Shown in pieces: positions 56,445-64,000 of a stretch of DNA of 64,000 bases; the stretch's first letter is position 1, and each line of letters starts with the position of its first letter. A program made the position numbers and the translations under genes. The DNA comes from Arenicellales bacterium (GTDB lineage: Bacteria > Pseudomonadota > Gammaproteobacteria > Arenicellales > JAJDZL01), in the NCBI GenBank assembly GCA_965116205.1, contig OZ220493.1:2165072-2229071 (forward strand), written 5' to 3'. The notes beneath the pieces are model-generated. The model did not search any database, was not told the DNA's origin, and saw only the letters and a program-made list of their open reading frames with translations.

Positions 56445-57020
56445 TCAGCCGCTTGTATGCTCACCATGAGCGGCAGTCGATTGACTGACCGGGTAAAAGA
56501 TGTAGGACAGTGTCAATTTATCAATGGTTTCCGGCAGATCTGAGTTGACATAGAATCGAACCGGCATTTCTCGCGCTTCACCGGCTGCCAGTGTCTGATT
56601 ACTGAAACAGAAACACTCAAGCTTGACCAGGTTTTTCATGGCCTCCATCGGTAACACGCTCGGAATAGCCTGTCCGACCATTGATTCGTTTGATGTATTG
56701 GTAACCAGATAGTTGACCAGATGAATTTCACCGGGGTGTACCTTAGTTGTGCGAACGACTGGTTTCATAGTCCAGGGCATATCTTCGTTTTCAGTTGCAG
56801 CAAACTCAACAGTGATACCTCGGTCTGCTTGAATGGCAATGTCTGAAGAGTCATGCTGTTCGACAGCAATGGTTGATGGGCAACCGATGCCGAGATGCTC
56901 ACAGGAATAATCAGTCACCGGTGCCAGTGCGTAACCCAAACCAAACATTAAAATCATCAGTCCCGAGAACAATATGATCCAACGCGCTTGCGAGCGACGA
57001 TTGGTGGTGGCGTTCAACAT
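56445..57020 (-). CDS. ctaG: cytochrome c oxidase assembly protein CtaG/Cox11, divergent tandem copy
   Basis: 191 aa with an N-terminal TM and the copper-site motif KLECFCF. The membrane-proximal motif is altered to APVTDYSCEHLGIGC, versus VPLYDLFCEITGVGG in the neighbouring copy. Confidence 0.88.
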   Translation of the reverse strand: MLNATTNRRSQARWIILFSGLMILMFGLGYALAPVTDYSCEHLGIGCPSTIAVEQHDSSDIAIQADRGITVEFAATENEDMPWTMKPVVRTTKVHPGEIHLVNYLVTNTSNESMVGQAIPSVLPMEAMKNLVKLECFCFSNQTLAAGEAREMPVRFYVNSDLPETIDKLTLSYIFYPVSQSTAAHGEHTSG

Positions 57021-57076
57021 ACTAGCAACCTCCTTGTTTAAGCGATGAACATCAAAATCAAAGCGTCGTCATTCAT

Positions 57077-57652
57077 TCAGCTGTTTGCCTGTTGAGCCAT
57101 GGTGTCAATTGGCTGACCCAGCGGAAAAAAGCTGTAGGAGAGTGTCAAAGTATTGATCTCATCCGACAGCTTCGAATTAATGTAGAAGCGAACCGGCATT
57201 TCCCGCATTTCACCGGCTGCAAGCGTTTGGGCATCGAAGCAGAAACACTCAAGCTTGACTAGGTTTTTTGCGGCCTGCATGGGTGAAATACTTGGAATGG
57301 CCTGTCCAACCATGGGTTGTTTGGATGTATTCTTGACTAGATAATTCACTTCGTGAATGACGCCAGGATTTACTTTGGTTTTACGAACCAAGGGTGTGAT
57401 GGTCCAAGGCATATTCTGGTTGGCTGTCGCCGTGAATTCCACCGTAACTTCTCGTCTCGCTTCGATGATAGCTTGCTGCTGTTGTTCGACGGCAATGGTG
57501 GGTTTGCCGCCGACCCCAGTGATTTCACAGAACAGGTCATAAAGTGGCACCAGTGCATAACCGAATCCAAACATGAGGACGACGGCACCAGAGAGCAAAA
57601 CGACCCATCGACCATTGGCGCGGCGCGTTGTTCCAACAACAGGCATAACCAT
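57077..57652 (-). CDS. ctaG: cytochrome c oxidase assembly protein CtaG/Cox11, canonical copy
   Basis: 191 aa with VPLYDLFCEITGVGG and KLECFCF, the hallmark Cox11 motifs. Confidence 0.92.
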   Translation of the reverse strand: MVMPVVGTTRRANGRWVVLLSGAVVLMFGFGYALVPLYDLFCEITGVGGKPTIAVEQQQQAIIEARREVTVEFTATANQNMPWTITPLVRKTKVNPGVIHEVNYLVKNTSKQPMVGQAIPSISPMQAAKNLVKLECFCFDAQTLAAGEMREMPVRFYINSKLSDEINTLTLSYSFFPLGQPIDTMAQQANS

Positions 57653-57762
57653 TACCGGATATATTCAACGACCATGATGGCAATGAAAAATGCCATGGCG
57701 AACAAGCCCAACACCAAGGCGTTACGTTTGACTTTGCTCTGCAGTTCTTTCGCTGTTTTCAA
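57652..57762 (-). CDS. possible small single-TM protein between ctaD and ctaG (cytochrome oxidase small assembly protein-like)
   Basis: This ORF is not in the ORF track. It starts at TTG 57762, preceded by GGGG. It has 36 codons (LKTAKELQSKVKRNALVLGLFAMAFFIAIMVVEYIR). Its stop overlaps the ctaG ATG (TAATG). I recall similarly placed ~40-aa genes annotated in other cox clusters. Confidence 0.35.
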   Translation of the reverse strand: MKTAKELQSKVKRNALVLGLFAMAFFIAIMVVEYIR

Positions 57763-57776
57763 TGGCTACCCCTGAC

Positions 57777-59360
57777 TTATTTGACCGCAGGTGGAGTTTC
57801 AAAAGTGTGATAGGGTGGTGGTGAAGCAACGGTCCATTCAAGTCCTTCTGCACCTTCCCATACCTGTGCCGTCGCTTTTTTGTGTTTGCCGCGTACCGCT
57901 TGAATAATGATGTAAACAAACAGCAGCTGCGCCAATCCCAGGCCGAATGCACCGATGGTTGAAACCATGTTAAATTCTGTGAACTGCAATGCATAGTCGG
58001 GAATACGGCGCGGCATGCCCGCCAGCCCTAGGAAGTGTTGTGGAAAAAATGTGATGTTGAAGAAAATGGTGGTCAGCCAGAAATGTGTTTTACCCAATCG
58101 TTCACGATACATCCGCCCGGTCCACTTCGGTAGCCAGTAGTAAACCGCTCCCATCATTGACATGATTGATCCGGCAAAGAGGACGTAGTGAAAATGAGCC
58201 ACGACAAAATAGGTGTCGTGGTATTGAAAATCTGCCGGCACAATGGCCAACATTAGTCCTGACAATCCGCCAATCGTAAATAGAAAGACGACCGCCAAGG
58301 CGAACAGCATGGGGGTTTCGAAAGTGATCGAGCCACGCCACATCGTGGCAACCCAATTGAAAACCTTGACACCAGTCGGTACGGCAATCAACATGGTTGC
58401 GTACATGAAATACAGTTCACCGGCCAGTGGCATACCCACGGTAAACATGTGATGCGCCCAGACGATGAATGACAGAAAGGCAATACCGGCGGTGGCAAAC
58501 ACCATACTGTCATAGCCAAACAGTGGCTTGCGGGAGAACGTCGGCACGATCTGGGATACGATGCCAAACGCTGGTAGGATCAGAATATATACTTCAGGGT
58601 GTCCGAAAAACCAGAATATGTGTTGAAACAGTACCGGGTCACCACCCCCGGCCGGGTCAAAAAATGCGGTGCCGAAATGCCGGTCGGTGAGTAGCATGGT
58701 GACCGCGCCGGCCAAGACAGGCATGGCCGCAATGAGTAAGAATGCAGTGATCAGCCAGGTCCAGACAAACAACGGCAGTTTCATGAGTGTCATGCCCGGT
58801 GCGCGCATATTCATGATGGTCACGATGACGTTGATCGCGCCGAGAACCGACGATATTCCCATCATATGAATGGATAGAATCGTCATGTCCACGCCGATTC
58901 CCCCCTGAATTGAGAGCGGCGCGTAGAGTGTCCACCCAGAGGCCGGTCCACCGCCGACTGTGAATAGAGAACCTAACAGCATGGCGAACGCAAATGGCAG
59001 AATCCAAAAACTCCAGTTGTTCATGCGCGGCAGTGCCATATCCGGCGCACCAATCATCATCGGAATCAGCCAATTGGCAAAACCGACGAATCCTGGCATG
59101 ATGGCACCAAAGATCATAATCAACGCGTGCATGGTGGTGAGTGAGTTGAATAGTTCAGGGTTCACGACCTGTAAACCCGGTTGAAAAAGTTCGGCCCGAA
59201 TAGCTAGTGCCATCACCCCGCCTACAAAGAACATGGTCAGTGAAAAGATCAGATACATCGTACCGATATCTTTGTGATTGGTGGTTGTCAACCAGCGGAC
59301 AATGCCGCTGGGACGGTGGTCGTGGTGGTGTGCGTGTGCTTCGGTGTGCGCAGCGGACAT
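57777..59360 (-). CDS. ctaD: cytochrome c oxidase subunit I
   Basis: 527 aa. Heme-copper oxidase signatures are present: [23 protein letters not shown], and VAHFHYVL. Confidence 0.97.
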   Translation of the reverse strand: MSAAHTEAHAHHHDHRPSGIVRWLTTTNHKDIGTMYLIFSLTMFFVGGVMALAIRAELFQPGLQVVNPELFNSLTTMHALIMIFGAIMPGFVGFANWLIPMMIGAPDMALPRMNNWSFWILPFAFAMLLGSLFTVGGGPASGWTLYAPLSIQGGIGVDMTILSIHMMGISSVLGAINVIVTIMNMRAPGMTLMKLPLFVWTWLITAFLLIAAMPVLAGAVTMLLTDRHFGTAFFDPAGGGDPVLFQHIFWFFGHPEVYILILPAFGIVSQIVPTFSRKPLFGYDSMVFATAGIAFLSFIVWAHHMFTVGMPLAGELYFMYATMLIAVPTGVKVFNWVATMWRGSITFETPMLFALAVVFLFTIGGLSGLMLAIVPADFQYHDTYFVVAHFHYVLFAGSIMSMMGAVYYWLPKWTGRMYRERLGKTHFWLTTIFFNITFFPQHFLGLAGMPRRIPDYALQFTEFNMVSTIGAFGLGLAQLLFVYIIIQAVRGKHKKATAQVWEGAEGLEWTVASPPPYHTFETPPAVK

Positions 59361-59421
59361 AGTGAATTTACTCCAAACGATTAGTGTAACGGTCTGTTCA
59401 GTTTACGATCTCTAAAAATTG

Positions 59422-60621
59422 TCAACGCAGTGCGGCAATTTGGGAAGGTTGAACCATATCACCCATGCTGTTTCCCAATGCGTTGCGTTCATACGTGATC
59501 ACGGCGGCAATCTCTTCATCACTGAGTTGTACTTTGAATGCTTGCATGGTCGTGTTCGGCTTACCATTCATCACAATATCAATGTGAGCATCCAGTGGAC
59601 CGGTTGTTATTTCACCACCGGTGAGCGGTGGAAAGTGGGGTGGAATACCTTTTCCCTCGGGGCCATGACAGGCTAGGCACTTTAGATACACGGTCTTACC
59701 GTGTTCCATCAATTGTTCCATCGTCCACTCTGTTACGGTGTCAACCGCAGCCACCTGTTCGACTGCCGTCATTTCGGGTGTGGCATCCGCTGAGGTGGGA
59801 ACGGCCATGGAGGTTGATGTTGAGGCAACCTGTCTGGGTTTGTTTTCTTCAACCCAGGCATCGAATTCTGCCGGTGCCAGTACTTCGACGACAATCGGCA
59901 TGAAGGCATGGTCCTTGCCACACAGTTCCGCACATTGCCCCCGGTAGATACCCGGCGTGTCGACGTTGGTCCAAAACTCGTTGATATAACCGGGTATGGC
60001 ATCTTTTTTAACGCCAAATTTTGGAATCCACCAGGCGTGAATGACGTCATTCGAGGTGATCAGAAATCTGACTTTTCGATTGGCGGGAATAACAACTGGC
60101 TTATCCACTTCCAAAAGATAGTGCTCACCTTTGGGTTCGCGGTTTTCAATCTGTGCGCGCGGCGTGGAAAGATTGCTGAAAAAGCCGATATCGTGATCCA
60201 GATATTCGTAGTGCCATTTCCATTGATAGCCAGTAATTTTAACGGTCAGGTCGGATTCCGTGGTATCTTCCATATAGAGCAGAGTTGCCGTCGATGGGAT
60301 GGCCATGCCGACTAAAATCACGAAGGGAATGACAGTCCACACCACTTCGAGCTTAGAGTTGTGTGAAAACTGATGTGCCTCATGACCGCGGCTTTTTCGA
60401 TGCGCATAGAGTGAGTAAAACATGACGCCGAAAACCACCACGAATATCACCAGACAGATGATCATGATGGCATTATGCAGGTCGAGGATGCGACTGGCGA
60501 CCGGCGATGATGGTGGCGGTAGATTCAAGCCCCACTCGGCATAAACATTCCATGGCAGCAGTGCACCGACTGCAGTGACCAGCAGTAGTAGATGGCGCGC
60601 CTTATAGTACATTCGTGTCAT
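59422..60621 (-). CDS. coxB: cytochrome c oxidase subunit II with a C-terminal cytochrome c domain
   Basis: The CuA site is QCAELCGKDHAFM, and the C-terminal heme-binding motif is CLACHG. I set the start at ATG 60621 (MTRMYYKARHLLLL...), downstream of the preceding gene's stop. The ORF-track start is 60708. Confidence 0.92.
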   Translation of the reverse strand: MTRMYYKARHLLLLVTAVGALLPWNVYAEWGLNLPPPSSPVASRILDLHNAIMIICLVIFVVVFGVMFYSLYAHRKSRGHEAHQFSHNSKLEVVWTVIPFVILVGMAIPSTATLLYMEDTTESDLTVKITGYQWKWHYEYLDHDIGFFSNLSTPRAQIENREPKGEHYLLEVDKPVVIPANRKVRFLITSNDVIHAWWIPKFGVKKDAIPGYINEFWTNVDTPGIYRGQCAELCGKDHAFMPIVVEVLAPAEFDAWVEENKPRQVASTSTSMAVPTSADATPEMTAVEQVAAVDTVTEWTMEQLMEHGKTVYLKCLACHGPEGKGIPPHFPPLTGGEITTGPLDAHIDIVMNGKPNTTMQAFKVQLSDEEIAAVITYERNALGNSMGDMVQPSQIAALR

Positions 60622-60646
60622 CAACCGACTCCCAAACGGTTCATTG

Positions 60647-61129
60647 TTATACATGATTCCTGACTTGTTCAGCCAATTGCTGAAACAGGCGTATTTTTGC
60701 ACTTTCAACTAGAAATTCTCCAATTTCGTATTCTTCTGCACGACTGACCATCAACAGACGGGCTGGTGCCTGCGGTGTTTTACCCGGCAGGAGGAAAAAT
60801 TTCGTCCATTGCCTGACAAAAGAACCGACTGACTGACCAGGCCAGCGTCGCTGCGTCAAGTGAACATAATGGCGACTGATGACAAGCCGGTCAGCATCAT
60901 AGGAACGGGAACAGGCGATATAAGTGCCGATGGCAAGCAGAAGAACTTCCAAACCTGCAAAAGGCAGGATCAGCCATGCCCCAATAATCGCAAATATTAT
61001 AGCAATACCAATTGTCACAATTGATAGAATCAATACACCAGTCAACAGCAGGTGACGATTGTTGCACGCATTCGAATACAACTCAATGCAAAGCAGATCG
61101 TTTTCCGAGAGTATTTCAAACCCAACCAT
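60647..61129 (-). CDS. DUF2244-like two-TM membrane protein often found upstream of coxB
   Basis: I set the start at Met24 (61129) to avoid overlapping the upstream gene. A two-helix hydrophobic hairpin (LLLTGVLILSIVTIGIAIIFAIIGAWLILPFAGLEVLLLAIGTYI) is followed by a soluble tail. The family call is from memory. Confidence 0.5.
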   Translation of the reverse strand: MVGFEILSENDLLCIELYSNACNNRHLLLTGVLILSIVTIGIAIIFAIIGAWLILPFAGLEVLLLAIGTYIACSRSYDADRLVISRHYVHLTQRRWPGQSVGSFVRQWTKFFLLPGKTPQAPARLLMVSRAEEYEIGEFLVESAKIRLFQQLAEQVRNHV

Positions 61130-61176
61130 CGCTGGTTTTTCCGGCCCGACGGCCTCCAACGCCGGTGCTGTGGAAT

Positions 61177-62013
61177 TTAGCGCTGATAAGAATTCCACAG
61201 TTTCTCCGAGTAAAATTCGTAGGTGACGGGTGTTCGACAGCGCTTGCAGACCTGATGGCGACTACGTTTGTCGCGGACGCCATACGATTTACAGCGTTTG
61301 CAGGAAACGATATATTTTGGTTTTGAAAAATTAACACAGTGTGTTCTTTCCGCACTACAGCCGATTTCTCGAGCTTTGGCCTGCCAGACCGAGTTATGTC
61401 CGTGTTGGGGGCCAACCAGAGCGTGCGCGATTTCATGCAGTAGGGTATCTGTTATGTCACCATCATCAGCCATCAGGCAGAACTGCTGTGACATGGTGAT
61501 CAACTGTTTTTCATAGATACAACTGCCGGCACGTTTGCTGGCATTGTCAAAAGTGAAACGCCAATCGTATAACTTGTGTTGAACAAGCATCGCATCCGCT
61601 AATTCTGCCCGGCTCATGAGTTTCTCGGTATTATGTTTGATGCGCTTTGCTGTTTTGTCGCCGGACAATAATCGATAGGCAACATCCCAGTAACCCTCAT
61701 CCGTTTCGACGCGGGCTCGACTTGGGTTCAACTGATTGATGTAACCGAAGATTTTGTTGTTACTGTACCAGAAGTAGACTTCATCGTTGAGGTTGAACGC
61801 GCAGCGTTCCACCAAATTACGATTGAAGACGCGTTGGGGCGCAACGCCTTCCCGTCGGCGCAGGGTGCGCAAAGGTACGCTGAATTCTGTTTCTGGTGGT
61901 GAAATGACGTAGGCATTTTTTCCGTTGATCGAGGCGACAAAACCGGTTTTCAGTCCCTCGGCAGTGCGAAATTCCACCGGGTCTTTTATTTTAATCTGCT
62001 GTGCCATTGACAA
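61177..62013 (-). CDS. SprT-like zinc metalloprotease domain protein with a C-terminal zinc ribbon
   Basis: 278 aa with an HExxH motif (LLHEIAHALVGPQHGHNSVW). The C-terminal Cys pairs are CKRCKS...CKRCRTPV. Confidence 0.7.
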   Translation of the reverse strand: MSMAQQIKIKDPVEFRTAEGLKTGFVASINGKNAYVISPPETEFSVPLRTLRRREGVAPQRVFNRNLVERCAFNLNDEVYFWYSNNKIFGYINQLNPSRARVETDEGYWDVAYRLLSGDKTAKRIKHNTEKLMSRAELADAMLVQHKLYDWRFTFDNASKRAGSCIYEKQLITMSQQFCLMADDGDITDTLLHEIAHALVGPQHGHNSVWQAKAREIGCSAERTHCVNFSKPKYIVSCKRCKSYGVRDKRSRHQVCKRCRTPVTYEFYSEKLWNSYQR

Positions 62014-62037
62014 TCTATTAACACTTAGCCAAACCGA

Positions 62038-64000
62038 TCAATCTGAACGTATGTTTTCGAAAGGTCTAGCATCAGATTGAGTATCGGTCAAATGAGGTAC
62101 ATGATTAACCTGCAATTGATCGATGATGAATGCATAGTTTCGGGCAGTTTCACGGAGTTCCCCTGACCGACCGGATGAACCGGCATGACCGGCGTCCATT
62201 TCGGTAATCAGATAAAGTACGTTGCGGTCTGTTTTACATTGTCTAATTTTCGCCGCCCACTTGGCCGGTTCCCAGTAACCGACACGCGGGTCATTCAGTC
62301 CGCCGGTAATCAGCAGGGCCGGGTAGTTTTTTGCAAACGTGTTGTCGTAGGGTGAATAAGACTTGATGTAGTCGTACATTTCGGCGTCATTGGGGTCACC
62401 CCACTCATCTCGTTCGATAATTGATAGTGGCAAGGAGTCATTCAGTATGGTGGTAATGACGTCAACAAAAGGCACCAATGCAACTGCCGCTCGACAGCGC
62501 AAGGATTCTGCATTGAGGAAATTTCCCACCACCAGGCCACCGGCACTACCACCGATGATCGCCAGTTGCTCTGCGCTGGTGATGCCGGCATCAAGCAGGT
62601 GATTGGCACAGGCATGAAAGTCGTGAAAGGTGTTTTTCTTGTTCTCCAATTTACCATCCAGATACCAGTTACGGCCCATTTCGCTGCCGCCGCGGAGCTG
62701 AGTGACGGCAACAATGATGCCACGGTCCAGTAGAGATAATCGTCGATAGTTGAAATACAGACTTGAGTTGATTCCATACGCACCGTATCCGCAAAGCAGT
62801 AGTGGTGCCGGCTGAGTCTTTACGGCTTGTTTATTGAATACGAGGTACATTGGAACTTGGGTGCCATCGTGCGAGGTGACCAGATGTTTCTCTGTGCCGT
62901 AGTGGGTCGGGTCATAATTGCCGCCCACCGGTTTTGTTTTTAGGTGTGTGGTTTTGCCAGTGGACAGATCAAGGTCATAAACTGAAAATGGCATGGTCAG
63001 CGAGTTCCCGGCCAACCGACAGGTCTTGGTGGCAAATTCCCAGTTTTCGTGCAGTTCCAGTTCCTGAATGTGCGCGGGGTTTTGGACTACATAGGATTCC
63101 TTGTCATCGTCGGCGAGAACTCGTATGGCGGGCAAGCCATCACGCCGCTCTTCAATGACAATAAACTGGCTGAACACTTGGAAATCAGTAAGTGTTACAT
63201 TAGTGTTGTGGGCGATGACGTCGGTCTGAAGGGTTGGGTCAGGTTGTGGCAAACTTGTTCGAGTCAGACGAAAATTGACCGCCTCGTCATTGGTGAGTAC
63301 GTACAAATTTTCACCACGGTCCTGAACCTCATAGATGACTCCTTGGCGCCGTGCAAAGACCAACCGTGGTTGTGGATGGACTTGGTCACCATCCAACAGA
63401 TGGACTTCCGACGTTATTTGACTATTGAGTTCGATTTGAATGAATCGTTCACTGTCTGATACAGATATTGAAACATAAAACGCCTCATCGGCTTCTTCAA
63501 AGATCAACTCATCATCCTGCTGTTTGGTACCCAGATGATGCCGGTAGACTCGATGTGGGCGATGTGCCGCATTCAGAGTTGTATAGTAAATGGAAGAACT
63601 GCGCCGGTCCCAGACAAAATCGGATGAAGTGTTAGTCAGTTGATCGAGCACCTGCCGGTCGCTGATTCTCAGCATGCTGATGGTATAGATCTCATCACCC
63701 GTCGAATCTATGGCATAACCCAACATTTCCTGATTAGGACTGACTACGAAGTCGGCGAGTTCGAAGTATTTTTGACCGGCCGCCAGTGCGTTTTCGTCGA
63801 TCAGCAATTCCTCACTTGTTGGCATGCCAATGATTCGCCGCCAATGTGATTCATAATTGTCCTGTTGCTGATCTTTGGTAAAGTACTCATATCTCCCGTA
63901 TTTAATGGGTACTGAGGTGTCGAATGCTATGATTCGATCGTACATTTCATTGCGTAGCGCATCGATCAGGGGATCAAGGTGCTGCATGGCGGCGGCAGCA
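62038..64000 (-). CDS. ptrB: oligopeptidase B (S9 prolyl oligopeptidase family), 5' end outside the window
   Basis: The catalytic Ser context is IGGSAGGLVVG, and the family motifs MDAGHAGSSGR and YSPYDN are present. It is colinear with my memory of E. coli PtrB from about residue 50, and the frame remains open to position 64000. Confidence 0.88.
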   Translation of the reverse strand, partial: AAAAMQHLDPLIDALRNEMYDRIIAFDTSVPIKYGRYEYFTKDQQQDNYESHWRRIIGMPTSEELLIDENALAAGQKYFELADFVVSPNQEMLGYAIDSTGDEIYTISMLRISDRQVLDQLTNTSSDFVWDRRSSSIYYTTLNAAHRPHRVYRHHLGTKQQDDELIFEEADEAFYVSISVSDSERFIQIELNSQITSEVHLLDGDQVHPQPRLVFARRQGVIYEVQDRGENLYVLTNDEAVNFRLTRTSLPQPDPTLQTDVIAHNTNVTLTDFQVFSQFIVIEERRDGLPAIRVLADDDKESYVVQNPAHIQELELHENWEFATKTCRLAGNSLTMPFSVYDLDLSTGKTTHLKTKPVGGNYDPTHYGTEKHLVTSHDGTQVPMYLVFNKQAVKTQPAPLLLCGYGAYGINSSLYFNYRRLSLLDRGIIVAVTQLRGGSEMGRNWYLDGKLENKKNTFHDFHACANHLLDAGITSAEQLAIIGGSAGGLVVGNFLNAESLRCRAAVALVPFVDVITTILNDSLPLSIIERDEWGDPNDAEMYDYIKSYSPYDNTFAKNYPALLITGGLNDPRVGYWEPAKWAAKIRQCKTDRNVLYLITEMDAGHAGSSGRSGELRETARNYAFIIDQLQVNHVPHLTDTQSDARPFENIRSD

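Noticed and set aside
57353-57775. A 140-aa plus-strand ORF. This also covers many similar 60-150-aa ORFs antisense to or nested in strong genes, e.g. 1488-1730, 4563-4925, 11277-11678, 15152-15532, 16845-17294, 17581-17976, 45202-45666, 58657-59073, 59908-60315 and 63049-63459.
   Set aside because: These are shadow ORFs inside genes with unambiguous family signatures on the other strand or frame. Their composition is low-complexity or biased and they show no motifs.
60622-61198. N-terminal extensions in the ORF-track calls for coxB (to 60708) and the DUF2244-like gene (to 61198).
   Set aside because: Both extensions overlap the 3' end of the upstream gene. Internal ATGs (60621 and 61129) give products that start just before the first TM or signal segment.
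1-64000. A scan for rRNA, tRNA, CRISPR arrays, IS elements/transposases, integrases, reverse transcriptases and toxin-antitoxin pairs.
   Set aside because: None were recognised in intergenic regions or in ORF translations. Visual scanning could miss short or degenerate elements, so tRNAscan/Infernal/ISfinder runs would be needed for certainty.

Overview
This looks like a chromosomal segment from a moderate-GC proteobacterium. Gene order and protein families look gammaproteobacterial, but the taxon cannot be fixed from this window. All family calls come from reading the translated ORFs and from remembered motifs; nothing was searched against a database.

Backbone, left to right:
- catalase divergent from oxyR, then mutY, xthA and ampG
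- the yggS-proC-yggT operon
- formaldehyde detoxification genes frmA-frmB
- a large quaternary-amine / one-carbon block: two ProU/OpuA-type betaine ABC systems, one polar amino-acid ABC system, one Pot-type polyamine ABC system, a DMGDH-like flavoprotein, an LLM monooxygenase and an alpha/beta hydrolase. A full-length but divergent RpoD-like sigma factor is embedded in it.
- argC translationally coupled to the pot-like operon, then a decayed pyrD pseudogene, an RsuA/RluF-type pseudouridine synthase and purB
- an aa3-type cytochrome c oxidase cluster (DUF2244-like, coxB, ctaD, a small ORF, two tandem ctaG, coxC, a DUF2909-like gene, SURF1, ctaB)
- a SprT-like protease and oligopeptidase B, whose 5' end runs off the window

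Four separate DNA-modification or defence islets interrupt this backbone. None has a visible integrase or transposase.
1. A DpnII-like restriction gene with an in-frame stop at the left edge.
2. A mosaic islet at about 10.1-14.4 kb: an orphan AT-rich alpha-class methyltransferase, an orphan ORC/STAND-like ATPase, and a truncated BrxC/DUF499-like gene head.
3. A Dcm methyltransferase plus a GHKL (MORC-like) ATPase fused to a PD-(D/E)xK-like domain, at about 44.4-47.6 kb. This is my best candidate for an uncharacterised system.
4. An AT-rich pair (HTH-fused SPPY methyltransferase plus PD-ExK endonuclease) inserted inside the cox cluster, next to an unusual HhH-glycosylase-like protein with a CxxC...CxxC tail.

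I saw no rRNA, tRNA, CRISPR array or IS element.
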